Source: Streptosporangiales bacterium (GTDB lineage Bacteria; Actinomycetota; Actinomycetes; Streptosporangiales; WHST01). Taken from it: a DNA stretch of 64,000 nt. The notes under the pieces are model-generated. The model did no database searches. It saw only the letters and a program-made list of their open reading frames with translations, and was not told the DNA's origin. Positions 1-9,455 of this stretch are shown here, in pieces. Every line of letters begins with the position of its first letter. The stretch's first letter is position 1. The stretch is from positions 32,224-96,223 of the forward strand of contig WHTA01000016.1 of NCBI GenBank assembly GCA_009379825.1, given 5' to 3'. Made by a program: the position numbers and the translations under genes.

Positions 1-1247
1 ACGACGTCGCGGCCGTGCTCGAACACGCCGACGGGCAGTACGCGGTCGCGTTCGACGACGTGCGTGGGGCGGCCTTCCCGCTCGCCGGCAACACCATGAC
101 GTCGCGTTCGCACTTCGCCGTCGCCATGGGATGTGCGGACATCGAGGTGGTCGGCAGGATCCAGCAGGCGCTGCGGGAGCCGCGGCCGTGTGCGTTCGTC
201 GAGCCCGGCGACGCGCCGGTGCTCGCGAACCACGACGCCGGCGGCGACCTGCTCGGTGACCTGCCGCTGCCGGTGCAGCACGAGCTCGACGCCGGCAGGT
301 ACTTCACGTCCGCGCTCGTGGTCGCGCGCGACACGCGTACGGGCAGGACCAACCTGTCGATCAACCGGCTGCAGGTGACGGGCCCGCGCGAGGTGCGTGC
401 GCTGTTGCTGCCTGGCCGGCTGCGGTCGATCCTCGCCGAGCACGAGGCGTCCGGGTCGGATCTCCAGGTGGCGTTGTGCGTGGGCGTGGACCCGTTGCTG
501 GCTTCGCAGTCCCCGGCACGGCCCGACCTGGACGACCTGGAGGTCGTAAGCGCCCTGCATCCGGGCGCACTGCCGGTGGTGCGGATCGGCGCGCTGCCGG
601 TGCCCGCGGGCGCGGAGATGGTGCTCGTCGGCAGCTTCCAGGCGGGCCGGCGCGAGGAGGAGGGCCCGTTCGGCGAGTACCCGCTGACCTACGGTCCCGC
701 CGGGCCGGCGCCGGTACTACAGCTGACCGACCGCTACTACCGCGACGACGCGCGGCTGCAGACCGTGCTCTCCGGCGGGCGGGAACACTTCTGGCTCGGT
801 GGGCTGCCGCGGGAGGCGCGGCTGCTCGAGGCGTTGCGTGGCAACGGTGTGGACGTCGCGGGCGTGCGGCTCACCGAAGGCAGCTCGTGCCGGATGCACG
901 CGGTGATCTCGTTGCCGACGCGCCGCGAAGGCACGCCGCGGCACGCGATCATGACCGCATGTACGGCGATCCCCACGGTGAAGCTCGTGACCGTCGTGGA
1001 CGACGACGTGGACGTGTTCGACGACGAGCAGGTGGAGTGGGCGGTGGCGACCCGGATGCAGGCCGACCGCGACCTGCTCGTCATCCCACACACTATCGGC
1101 AGCAGCCTGGACCCGTCCGCGGACGGCAGCACGTCGGCGAAGCTCGGCATCGACGCGACCAAGCCGCTCACCGACAACGAGCGGTTCGCGAAGATGCGCA
1201 CCCTCTCGGCGAAGCTCGACAGCTACGTCGCCGAGCTGGAGGACTGA
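1..1247 (+). CDS. UbiD-family (prenyl-FMN type) decarboxylase, 5-prime end cut by window edge
   Basis: ORF 15..1247 is open to the window start in the same frame. The translation is UbiD-like along its whole length (LSINRLQV, EGPFGEYPLTYG, GSSLDPS...AKLGIDATKP). Confidence 0.8.
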   Translation, partial: DVAAVLEHADGQYAVAFDDVRGAAFPLAGNTMTSRSHFAVAMGCADIEVVGRIQQALREPRPCAFVEPGDAPVLANHDAGGDLLGDLPLPVQHELDAGRYFTSALVVARDTRTGRTNLSINRLQVTGPREVRALLLPGRLRSILAEHEASGSDLQVALCVGVDPLLASQSPARPDLDDLEVVSALHPGALPVVRIGALPVPAGAEMVLVGSFQAGRREEEGPFGEYPLTYGPAGPAPVLQLTDRYYRDDARLQTVLSGGREHFWLGGLPREARLLEALRGNGVDVAGVRLTEGSSCRMHAVISLPTRREGTPRHAIMTACTAIPTVKLVTVVDDDVDVFDDEQVEWAVATRMQADRDLLVIPHTIGSSLDPSADGSTSAKLGIDATKPLTDNERFAKMRTLSAKLDSYVAELED

Positions 1248-1640
1248 CCGGGGACGCCGCCGCGTAGCCGGTCGGCCGTCCGTCGCAGCCGGTCGAGCAG
1301 CTCCGCGGGCGCCTCGTGCACGGTGAAGTCGGCGTCGAGCGCCACCAGGTGCTGCAGCAACGGGTCCAACGTATCCGCGCCGAGCCGGATCCGGCAGGTG
1401 TGCTCGTCGACCGGTTCGACGCGTCCGGGCAGCGCGCTGCGTAGCCGGGAGCGGACCACGTCCGCCGCCGCCTGCACGGTGGCGGTGACCGAGTAGCGGT
1501 ACGGCGCGGTGGTGAGGCTCTCGGTGACGTACGTGGCGTACGTCGTCGTACGGCAGCCGGCGCGGCGCGAAGCGGGTGCGGGTGGCGGTGGGCTCGGTGA
1601 CCCGGTCCACCCGGAAGGTGCGCCAGTCGCCGCGGTGCGG
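1223..1640 (-). pseudogene. Remnant of a WYL-domain (YafY-like) transcriptional regulator: C-terminal half only, internally frameshifted
   Basis: Two minus frames together read GDWRTFRVDRVTEPTATRTRFAPRRLP then TYATYVTESLTTAPYRYSVTATVQAAADVV...DADFTVHEAPAELLDRLRR. The frame switches near 1550. There is no HTH N-terminus; homology stops about 1630. Confidence 0.6.
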
Positions 1641-1652
1641 CCGTGGTCGACG

Positions 1653-1811
1653 GGCGGGCAGCTCGTGAACTTCCTGTTCGGCGCCAACGCCACGCCCGAC
1701 CGGGTCCGTGCCGCGTACGAGCCGGACACGTACCGCAGGCTCGTCGGGCTGAAGGCCGAGTACGACCCGGCCAACCTGTTCCGCCACAACCACAACATCC
1801 CGCCGGGCTGA
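1653..1811 (+). pseudogene. C-terminal ~50 aa remnant of a BBE-domain FAD-linked oxidase
   Basis: The tail of ORF 1509..1811 (GGQLVNFLFGANATPDRVRAAYEPDTYRRLVGLKAEYDPANLFRHNHNIPP) matches the conserved C-terminal end of FAD-linked/BBE oxidases. Nothing oxidase-like lies upstream. Confidence 0.6.
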
Positions 1812-1817
1812 CGGCGG

Positions 1818-2375
1818 TCAGTCGGCTCCGCAGATGGCGCCGAAGGCGGCCGCCAGCTCGGCGCGGTCTGGTGCGCCGGGGGAGACCAGCACCCGGATGG
1901 CGAAGCCGTCGACCGCCGCGCTCAGGGCGACGGCGGTCGGCCGGTCGACCAGGGTGCACAGCGTCTCCACGGTGCTCGCGGTGTAGCGCTCGGCCAGCTC
2001 CTGCAGGTGCGGCCGGTCCATCGCGGCCAGGCACAGCTGGTACTCGACCCGGGCCCGGCCGCGGTCGCTCGCGTAGTCGGTGACCAGTTCCACCAACGCC
2101 GGCACCAACTGCTGCGGCGCGCTGTCGGCCAGCGGCGCCGCCCACTCGCGCAGGTACTCCGCGTACTCGTCGACGAGCTTCGCCAGCACCCCGGCGAGCA
2201 GGTCGTCCAGCGAGTCGAAGTAGTACGTCGTGGACCCCAGGGGTACGTCCGCGGCCGCCGCGACGGTGCGGTGCGTGACGCCGCCCAGCCCGTTCTTCGC
2301 GACCAGGTCGTAGGCGGCCGCGACGATGCGCTCGCGGCGGCCGGGATCCGCTGGGCCGCGTGGCGTTCTCGACAT
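1818..2375 (-). CDS. TetR/AcrR family transcriptional regulator
   Basis: The N-terminal HTH (RRERIVAAAYDLVAKNGLGGVTHRTVAAAADVPLGSTTYYF) is typical of TetR. The gene lies 4 nt downstream of the SMR gene on the same strand. Confidence 0.9.
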   Translation of the reverse strand: MSRTPRGPADPGRRERIVAAAYDLVAKNGLGGVTHRTVAAAADVPLGSTTYYFDSLDDLLAGVLAKLVDEYAEYLREWAAPLADSAPQQLVPALVELVTDYASDRGRARVEYQLCLAAMDRPHLQELAERYTASTVETLCTLVDRPTAVALSAAVDGFAIRVLVSPGAPDRAELAAAFGAICGAD

Positions 2376-2379
2376 CCCG

Positions 2380-2700
2380 TCAGTGTGCCCCGGACAGGTT
2401 GAGCACCACGACGCCCCCGATGATCAACGCGATGCCGGCGACCTTGAGCACGGTGAGCGGCTCGGCGAAGACCACCAGTCCGACCACGGCGACAAGCGCG
2501 GTGCCCAGCCCGGCCCACAGGGCGTACGCGGTGCCCACCTGCATGGTCTTCAGGCAGAGCGTGAGCAGGCCGAACGCGGCGAGGTAGCCGACGACCATGC
2601 CGACGCTCGGCCACAGCCGGGTGAAGCCTTCGGACATCTTCATCATGGTGGTCGCGAACACCTCGACCACGATCGCGCTGACCAGGAACACCCAGGCCAC
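2380..2700 (-). CDS. SMR-family small multidrug efflux transporter (EmrE/QacE-like)
   Basis: 106 aa with four hydrophobic segments. The conserved membrane Glu is in TM1 (VVEVFATTMMK), followed by GTAYALWAGLG. Confidence 0.9.
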   Translation of the reverse strand: MAWVFLVSAIVVEVFATTMMKMSEGFTRLWPSVGMVVGYLAAFGLLTLCLKTMQVGTAYALWAGLGTALVAVVGLVVFAEPLTVLKVAGIALIIGGVVVLNLSGAH

Positions 2701-2721
2701 TTCTCACCCCATCACCGTTCT

Positions 2722-2757
2722 TGTACGTGCGTACATAAATAAGTGTACGCTCGTACA
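2722..2757. promoter_or_regulatory. Two copies of 14-bp palindrome TGTACGnnCGTACA (2722-2735, 2744-2757) flanking an AT-rich spacer; candidate TetR operators upstream of the SMR-TetR operon
   Basis: Read directly: TGTACGTGCGTACAtaaataagTGTACGCTCGTACA. Centres are 22 bp apart, in the 66-nt gap upstream of the SMR start. Confidence 0.5.
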
Positions 2758-2766
2758 TGAACGGTG

Positions 2767-5469
2767 TCACGCGTCGAGGGCGTCGCGGACCTCGGTGCGG
2801 GTGGCGACGCCGAGCTTGTGCAGGATGCTCGAGACGTGCACGGCGACGGTCTTCGGCGAGATGTACAGCCGCCTGGCCAGCTCGGCGTTGGTCAGCCCGT
2901 CGGCGACCAGCAGCGCCACCTCGCGCTCCCTGCGGGTGAACGCCGCGACGCCGCGCACCTCCCGCTGCCCGTCGTCGGGTTCCAGGCCGAGCAGCTCGCG
3001 TACGTGCGTCAGCTGCCGTACCCGCCAACCGCCCCACTTGGCCAGCAGCTCGCCGCCGAGAGCGGCGTACTCGGACGCGCGGTCGTAGGAGCCAGCGGCG
3101 AGCAGGCAGCGCGCCGCACCGACCGCGCCGGTGCCGCGCAGCGTGGCGGGCAGCGCCGTGGCCGCGGCCGCCGACCGGTAGCCGTCGACCGCGCGCTCGC
3201 CGTCGCCGTGTGCCTCGATCAGCTGCGCGTCGACCAGCGGCCTGAGACCGTCCCAGACGTGCGGGTCGAGCAGCTCCTCGTGCATCCGGTCCAGCCGGGC
3301 AAGCGGCAGCCCGGCGTGGAGCGCGGCGGCGATCAGGTCGTGTGCCTGCGAGCCGCTGCGCCATGACTGCATCGCCAGTGCGGCGAAGACCTCGTCGAGC
3401 GTGCGTTCTGCGGTCTCGACGTCGCCGCGCCTGCAGGCCAGGTGGAAGGCGATGGCGGGCACGGTGAGAGCGCCGAGGCTGGCGACGCCGAGCAGCTCGT
3501 CGAGCAGGTCCGCGGCCCGGTCCAGCTCGTCCGCCTCCAGGTAGAGGCCGCAGAGGAACACCGCGTGCCGGTCGGTACGGCTGCCGCGCCGCTGGTAGCT
3601 GCGGTCGCGGTCCCGGCCGTGCTCCAGTGCGGCGATGGCGGCGTCCAGGTCGCCGTCGCGCAGGGCTATCCGTGCCATGCCCTCGAAGTACGCGGAGACC
3701 GCGAGCGACTCGAAACCCGCGCGTTCGGCGTCCACGCGCATCCGTTCGAGCAGCGCCGTGTGTTCGGCGCTCGAGGCCGGCGGTGACTCGCGCACCACGT
3801 CGTCGAGCGCGCGGGCGGCGAGCACCCACTCGCCGAGCTGCTCGGCCTCGCCGGCCAGGCCGAGCAGCAGCACCTGGCCCTCCCGGTTCGTCGACCACCG
3901 CTCGGTGAGTGCGAGTCCCTTCTCCAGCTGCGCCGCCAGCCGCAGCTGCGGCTGCTCCAGCTGTTCCGCCAGCGCCTGGGCGCGCTCCGCCCAGCGGATC
4001 GCGTCGGCGAGGTCGTCGCGGTACTGCGCGGCGTGCGCGAGCGCCGTCATCGCCCAGCCCTGCTCGGCGCCGGCAGGCAGCTCGTCGACGAGGGTCTCCA
4101 GCTCCTTGGTCAGCGCCGCCGCCCGGTCGTGGGCCGCGGTGTGCAGGGCCACCTGCAGCAGCATCGCCAACGCCTCGGCGCGGTCGGCGGGTGTCGCCGC
4201 GAGCGCGAGCCAGCGCCGCCCGTACTCCGTGGCGTCCGCGCCGAGCTCGGTCAGCCAGGCGGCCCTGGCGGCCGTCGCGAGCAGCGTGGTGTCGTCGGCC
4301 GCCTCGTCGAGTCCCAGCTCGGCCAGCTGGAGTGCCTGGTACGGCGAGCCGATCGACAGGTACGAGACGGCGCCGCGTCGCGCCGCGTCGACCATGTCGT
4401 CGTACCTGCCAGCCGCATGCGCGTGGTGCGCGACCATCGCGGGGTCGGGGCTGCCGGCGGACAGCAGCGCGTCCAGGGCGGCCTCGTGCAGCCGCCGGCG
4501 CTGGCGGCCGAGCAGGCACTCCTGCACCGCCTCGCGGACGAGGGCGTGCCGGAAGCTGAACTCGTCGTCGCCGCTCTCCACCAGCACGCCACGGTCGACC
4601 AGCACCCGCAACGCGGTGATCAGACCGTCCTCGTCGACCTCGGTCACCGCGGCAAGCAGGTCGAACGGGATGCGGTAACCCAACACGGCGGCGGCTTCCA
4701 CGATCCGGCGGACCTGCGGCTCGAGGTCGTCCACGTGCCGGCGCAGTGCCTCCGCCAGGCTCCACGGCAGCGGGTGGTCGTCGAGCGCCTCCAGGTCACC
4801 GCCCTCATGGGTGCGGAGCAGCTCCTCGAGGAAGAACGGGTTGCCGCCGGTGCGCTGGTGCAGTGCCGCCACCGCGCGGTACGGGGCGGGCGCGCCCGTC
4901 ACGGCGGCGAGGAAGGCCGCCGTGTCCGGCTCGGCGAAGCGCTCCAGCCGCAGGTGCGAGACCGAGTGCCTGCGGTCCAGCCGGTCGAGCAGGCCGGTGA
5001 CCGGGTGCCGGCTGGTGACCTCGTCGGGACGGAAGGTGCCGACGAGCAGCAGCGGCCCGTCGTGGTCGGCCAGCCGCTCGAACAACGCCGCACTTTCCGA
5101 GTCGATCCAGTGCAGGTCTTCGAAGACCACGACGGCGGGCGCATCGCCCACCAGCCGGTCGGCGATGGTGACGCCGGCGTGCAGCCGTTCGACCGGGCTC
5201 AGGTCGGCGTCGGTGAGCTGGTGGCGGAGGTCCTCGTCCACGCCGGAGTGCGCGTCGATCGCGTCGAGCAGCACCTCGTACGGCCGGGCGAGCGAGCCGG
5301 GCTCCGCGCGCCCGACGAGCACCGCGGGCTGGCCGGGCAGTGCGGCGAGCAGCTCGTGCACGAGGCGGGTCTTGCCGATGCCGGGTTCCCCGGCGACGAT
5401 CGCGACCTGCGGACGGTGCGCCGCCGCGAGCTGCTCCAGCCTGCGCAGCTCGCGGTCTCGCCCGACCAT
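2767..5469 (-). CDS. LAL-type (large ATP-binding LuxR family) transcriptional regulator
   Basis: N-terminal Walker A (GEPGIGKTRL), a long helical/TPR-like middle, and a C-terminal LuxR HTH (REREVALLVADGLTNAELARRLYISPKTVAVHVSSILHKLGV). I place the start at ATG 5469 (MVGRDRELRRLE) rather than at the ORF-track start 5502. Confidence 0.9.
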   Translation of the reverse strand: MVGRDRELRRLEQLAAAHRPQVAIVAGEPGIGKTRLVHELLAALPGQPAVLVGRAEPGSLARPYEVLLDAIDAHSGVDEDLRHQLTDADLSPVERLHAGVTIADRLVGDAPAVVVFEDLHWIDSESAALFERLADHDGPLLLVGTFRPDEVTSRHPVTGLLDRLDRRHSVSHLRLERFAEPDTAAFLAAVTGAPAPYRAVAALHQRTGGNPFFLEELLRTHEGGDLEALDDHPLPWSLAEALRRHVDDLEPQVRRIVEAAAVLGYRIPFDLLAAVTEVDEDGLITALRVLVDRGVLVESGDDEFSFRHALVREAVQECLLGRQRRRLHEAALDALLSAGSPDPAMVAHHAHAAGRYDDMVDAARRGAVSYLSIGSPYQALQLAELGLDEAADDTTLLATAARAAWLTELGADATEYGRRWLALAATPADRAEALAMLLQVALHTAAHDRAAALTKELETLVDELPAGAEQGWAMTALAHAAQYRDDLADAIRWAERAQALAEQLEQPQLRLAAQLEKGLALTERWSTNREGQVLLLGLAGEAEQLGEWVLAARALDDVVRESPPASSAEHTALLERMRVDAERAGFESLAVSAYFEGMARIALRDGDLDAAIAALEHGRDRDRSYQRRGSRTDRHAVFLCGLYLEADELDRAADLLDELLGVASLGALTVPAIAFHLACRRGDVETAERTLDEVFAALAMQSWRSGSQAHDLIAAALHAGLPLARLDRMHEELLDPHVWDGLRPLVDAQLIEAHGDGERAVDGYRSAAAATALPATLRGTGAVGAARCLLAAGSYDRASEYAALGGELLAKWGGWRVRQLTHVRELLGLEPDDGQREVRGVAAFTRREREVALLVADGLTNAELARRLYISPKTVAVHVSSILHKLGVATRTEVRDALDA

Positions 5470-5735
5470 CACCGAACTGGCGCCGGCACGTGTTCCCCGC
5501 ACGCAGGTAGCGTACCTTCGCCGCGGCGCCCGCCCGCCTGTTCTGCGGCGGCCCTGCGTAGCCTCTTGCGGTGCCGCTTGGCCAGCGCGACCAGGCGGCC
5601 GCGTTCCGCAGCGGCGAGCAGGTCGTCGTGGTGTTGTCTGGCGAACGCCAGCAGTACGTCTGGGTGTGCGTACACGGTGGTCTCCTTGCTCTCGCGGACG
5701 TTCTCCATCGTCGTCCGGTAAGAGCCGGCTGCCAT
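5469..5735 (-). CDS. Small hypothetical protein (79-88 aa), translationally coupled to the LAL regulator
   Basis: ORF-track entry. Its TGA (5471-5469) shares one nt with the regulator ATG (5469-5467). The helical basic sequence is LLAFARQHHDDLLAAAERGRLVALAKRHRKRLRR. The start is ambiguous (5735 or ATG 5708). Confidence 0.45.
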   Translation of the reverse strand: MAAGSYRTTMENVRESKETTVYAHPDVLLAFARQHHDDLLAAAERGRLVALAKRHRKRLRRAAAEQAGGRRGEGTLPACGEHVPAPVR

Positions 5736-5869
5736 CGGGAGCGGTTACCTATCTTTGCGCGCCTGACCGGGTACGAACTGCCTACGCATACCTAGGCGGT
5801 TGTGCGGCGAGGCGCCGCTTGCGCCTACCCTTGAGCGACTCCCCCGACCGGGTGCAAGGACGGTGACCA

Positions 5870-7354
5870 ATGGCGGTCGTGGCCATCGACGCGGGTACGA
5901 CGATGATCAAGGCGGTTGCCTACGACGCCGAAGGCACCGAGCTCGCCATGACCCGCCGCCCGACCGCGGTGACCAGGCCGCGTCCCGGCCACGCGGAGCA
6001 GGACATGGGGGAGGTGTGGGACGCCGTCATGTCCTGCATCCGCTCGGTGCTCGCCGAGCTGGCCGAGCCGGTCGACGCGCTCGCGTTGACGGCACAGGGC
6101 GACGGCTGCTGGCTGGTTGATTCCGACCTCAGGCCGACCGGGCCCGCTGTGCTGTGGAACGACGGCAGGAGCGAGGACATCGTCGCCGGCTGGCGGGCCG
6201 GCGGCGTGCTCGACGAGGCGTTCAGGCGTACCGGGTGCATGGGTTTCTCCGGTCTGCCCAACGCGGTGCTCACCTGGCTGGCCGAGCAGGACCAGGACCG
6301 GCTGCAACGCTCCGCCGCGGCGTTGACCTGTGGCGGCTGGCTGTTCGCCAACCTCACCGGTGAGCTGGCGATGGACCACTCCGAGGCGGCGGCGCCGTGG
6401 CTGGACGTGCTGCAGGGTACGTACGCCGACGAGCTGCTCGACCTGTACGGCATGCCGTGGGCGCGCCGGCTGTTGCCGCCGCTGCGGCACGACGACGACC
6501 GCGTCGCGCCGGTGCGGCCGGAGGCCGCAACCGCACTGGGGATCGCGCCTGACACCCCGGTCGTGCTTTCGTCGTACGACATCGCCTCGACGGCGATCGG
6601 CGTCGGCGTCGTCGACGACCGGCAGGCGTGCAGCGTGCTCGGCACCACGTTGTGCACGGAAGCGGTCACCAGCCAACCGGACCTGCGCGCCCGGCCGGTA
6701 GGCCTGACCATCCCGCTCGGCGCGCCAGGCAGGTACCTGCGGGCGTTCCCCACGCTCGCCGGGTGCGACGTGCTCGACTGGAGCGCCGAGCTGCTCGGGC
6801 TGGCCGACGCCGCCGAGCTGTGTACGTTGGCCGCGACCGCGCCCGCCGGCGCCAGGGGCCTCAGCTTCCTGCCGTACCTGTCGCCGGCCGGCGAGCGCGT
6901 GCCGTTCCTCGACGCCGCTGCGCGCGGCTCGTTCGCCGGGTTGTCGTTCGACCACGACCGGGCCTGCGTGGCGCGGGCGATCGTGGAGGGGTTGACGTTC
7001 GTGATCCGCGACTGCCTGGCCGAGTGTCCCGTGGCACCCGTCGAGCTGCGGCTGTGCGGTGGCGGCGCGAACAGCGCCGAGTGGGGCCAGCTGATCGCCG
7101 ACCTGACCGGCGTGCCGACGCTACGTCCCGCCGACGCCGAGGTCGGCGCGAAGGGCGCGTTCCTGATGGCACAGGTGGCCACCGGGCGGGCCACCGACCT
7201 GCCGTCAGCCGTCGCCGCGTACGTGCGGCCGGCCGGTTCGTACGAGCCCGCGCCAGACACGGTTGCCAGGTACGACGAGCTGTTCGCCGCGTTCCGTGCC
7301 GCACGCGCGCATGCCGCGGCCGACTGGCACCGGTTGCGCGAGGTGGGCGCATGA
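5870..7354 (+). CDS. FGGY-family carbohydrate kinase (xylulokinase-like)
   Basis: N-terminus VAIDAGTTMIKAV, with a C-terminal FGGY domain (LRLCGGGANSAEWGQLIADLTG). Confidence 0.9.
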   Translation: MAVVAIDAGTTMIKAVAYDAEGTELAMTRRPTAVTRPRPGHAEQDMGEVWDAVMSCIRSVLAELAEPVDALALTAQGDGCWLVDSDLRPTGPAVLWNDGRSEDIVAGWRAGGVLDEAFRRTGCMGFSGLPNAVLTWLAEQDQDRLQRSAAALTCGGWLFANLTGELAMDHSEAAAPWLDVLQGTYADELLDLYGMPWARRLLPPLRHDDDRVAPVRPEAATALGIAPDTPVVLSSYDIASTAIGVGVVDDRQACSVLGTTLCTEAVTSQPDLRARPVGLTIPLGAPGRYLRAFPTLAGCDVLDWSAELLGLADAAELCTLAATAPAGARGLSFLPYLSPAGERVPFLDAAARGSFAGLSFDHDRACVARAIVEGLTFVIRDCLAECPVAPVELRLCGGGANSAEWGQLIADLTGVPTLRPADAEVGAKGAFLMAQVATGRATDLPSAVAAYVRPAGSYEPAPDTVARYDELFAAFRAARAHAAADWHRLREVGA

Positions 7355-8835
7355 CGGTGGCGGGGAGCGCGCCGCTGTACGTCGGTGTCGACCTGGGCAC
7401 GCAGAGCGTGCGCGCGTTGTGCGTGGACGGCGCCGGCGTCGTGCACGGCGCGGGCAGTGCCGCCCTGACCAGCCGGCGCGACGAGGAGCGGCACGAACAG
7501 GACCCGCGGTCGTGGTGGCAGGCCGTCGGTGCCGCCTGCCGGCAGGCCGTCGCCGGCGTGCCGGCGGACGCGGTCGCGGCGGTCGCGGTCGACGGCACCT
7601 CGGGCACCGTGGTGCTGACCGACGCCGCCGGCGAACCGCTGTCGCCCGGCGTGATGTACGACGACACCAGGGCAGCCGACGAGGTCGCCGAGATCAACGA
7701 GGTCGGCGCGCCGTTGTGGCAGGCGCTTGGCTACGGGCGGGTGCAGGCCGCGTGGGCGCTGCCCAAGCTGCGCAAGCTGTTGCGCGACGCCACGGGTGCG
7801 CGGGTCGCACACCAGGCCGACTTCGTCGCCGCGCGCCTGGCGGGCCGTCCGGTGGCCGCCGATACCAGCAACGCGTTGAAGAGCGGATGCGACCTGCGTG
7901 CCGTCGCGTGGCCGGCGGAGGTGTTCGACCGGCTCGGCATACCGCTCGAAGCGTTGCCCGACCTCGTCCTGCCTGGCACCGAGGTGGCCACCGTCGGTGC
8001 CGCCGCGGCCGCCGAGACCGGGCTGCCGGAGGGCGCGTCGATCATCGCCGGCATGACCGACGGGTGTGCCGCGCAGCTCGGCGCCGGCGCGCTCGACGTC
8101 GGTTCGTGGAACGCCGTCCTGGGCACCACGCTCGTGCTGAAGGGCGTGACCGGTGAGCTCGTGCACGACCCGCTGGGTGCCGTCTACTCGCACCGCGCGC
8201 CCGACGGCGGTTGGCTACCCGGTGGCGCGTCGAGCACCGGCGCCGGTGCGCTCACCGCCCGGCTGGCCGGCTGCGACCTGGACGCCCTGGCCGACCGTGC
8301 CGGCGGGTACGAGCCGAGCTCCGCGCTGGCGTACCCGCTGGCCGCCAGCCGCGGCGAGCGGTTCCCTTTCGTCGCACCGGAAGCCACCGGGTTCGTAATC
8401 GGCGACGCTGTGGACGACGTCGACCTGTACGCCGCGCTTGTGCAGGGCATCGCCTACGTGGAACGGCTGTGCTTCGACTACCTCGACCTGCTGCAGGCAC
8501 CGACATGCGGCCGGCTGGTGCTCACCGGCGGGGCCGCGCGCAGCCGCTACTTCTGCCAGTTGCGCGCAGACGTGCTCGGTCGGCCGGTGACGCTGGTGGA
8601 CAACGCGGAACCCGCGCTCGGCATGGCCGTGCTCGCCGCGTACGGCGTGGGCGCGGGCTCGCTGCCGGAGTGCGCGTCGCGCATGGTGCGGGTGACCGAG
8701 ACACTCGAACCGTCCGACCGTCGTGGTGAGGTGTTCAAGGAACCGTACGCACGACTGGTGGACGAGCTTCGCGTACGTGGTTGGCTCGATGCGCGCACGG
8801 CCGCGCACGCGTTGGAAAGGGCATCGGCTCGATGA
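7351..8835 (+). CDS. FGGY-family carbohydrate kinase, second paralog
   Basis: Start ATG 7351 overlaps the upstream stop (ATGA). Motifs include LYVGVDLGTQSVRAL and LVLTGGAARSRYFCQLRADVLG. This gene lies inside the longer track ORF 6628..8835. Confidence 0.9.
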   Translation: MTVAGSAPLYVGVDLGTQSVRALCVDGAGVVHGAGSAALTSRRDEERHEQDPRSWWQAVGAACRQAVAGVPADAVAAVAVDGTSGTVVLTDAAGEPLSPGVMYDDTRAADEVAEINEVGAPLWQALGYGRVQAAWALPKLRKLLRDATGARVAHQADFVAARLAGRPVAADTSNALKSGCDLRAVAWPAEVFDRLGIPLEALPDLVLPGTEVATVGAAAAAETGLPEGASIIAGMTDGCAAQLGAGALDVGSWNAVLGTTLVLKGVTGELVHDPLGAVYSHRAPDGGWLPGGASSTGAGALTARLAGCDLDALADRAGGYEPSSALAYPLAASRGERFPFVAPEATGFVIGDAVDDVDLYAALVQGIAYVERLCFDYLDLLQAPTCGRLVLTGGAARSRYFCQLRADVLGRPVTLVDNAEPALGMAVLAAYGVGAGSLPECASRMVRVTETLEPSDRRGEVFKEPYARLVDELRVRGWLDARTAAHALERASAR

Positions 8836-9455
8836 CTTGCGTAGTCCTCGTCAGGCACGGCGAGACCGTATGGCACGCGGAGAACAGGTACACGGGCAGC
8901 ACCGACGTCGCGCTGACCGACGAGGGCAGGGCGCAGGCCCAGGCGCTCGGCCGGTGGGCGAAGCACGCCGAGCTGGCCGCCGTGTACTGCTCCGACCTGT
9001 CGCGTTCCCGCGACACCGCGCTGCCCGCCGCGGAGGCGACCGTCCTGCCGCTGCGCGAGGAGCCGCGGCTGCGGGAGCTCGACTTCGGTTCGGGCGAGGG
9101 GCTCACGGCCGACGAGATGCGGGAGCGGTTCCCCGCGGCGCTGCAGGCGTTCCGCGCCGACCCGGCAGGCAACCCGCTGCCAGGCGGCGAACCTCCGGCC
9201 GCCGCGGTGGAGCGCGGCCTGGCCGCGTTGCGGGAGATCTGCAAACGGTGGCCGGACGACCGGGTCCTCGTGGTTGTGCACTCGACCTTGATCCGGCTGC
9301 TGCTGTGCGAGCTGCTCGGCCGGTCGATCAGCGACTACCGGCGGCTGTTCCCCTCCGTACGCAACTGCGCCATCACCGAGCTGTCGTTCGACGGCGAGCA
9401 GGTGGCGCTGCTCCAGTACAACGTGCCGACCGACGCTGAGAGGACCACCCGATGA
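8832..9455 (+). CDS. Histidine phosphatase family protein (phosphoglycerate-mutase-like)
   Basis: Catalytic RHG motif at the N-terminus (VVLVRHGETVWHAENRYTG). The ATG at 8832 overlaps the upstream stop (ATGA). Confidence 0.85.
   Translation: MTCVVLVRHGETVWHAENRYTGSTDVALTDEGRAQAQALGRWAKHAELAAVYCSDLSRSRDTALPAAEATVLPLREEPRLRELDFGSGEGLTADEMRERFPAALQAFRADPAGNPLPGGEPPAAAVERGLAALREICKRWPDDRVLVVVHSTLIRLLLCELLGRSISDYRRLFPSVRNCAITELSFDGEQVALLQYNVPTDAERTTR

Noticed and set aside
1922-4765. Very long alternative-frame and antisense ORFs in the track: 1922..4765 (947 aa), 5920..8193 (757 aa), 19427..23188 (1253 aa), 13082..14842 (586 aa), 29639..31570 (643 aa), 37543..39267 (574 aa), and many 60-400 aa ones.
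   Set aside because: Their translations are Arg/Pro/Ala/Gly low-complexity with no domain signatures. Each overlaps a gene on another frame or strand that has clear family motifs. This is the expected artefact of stop-codon-poor high-GC DNA.
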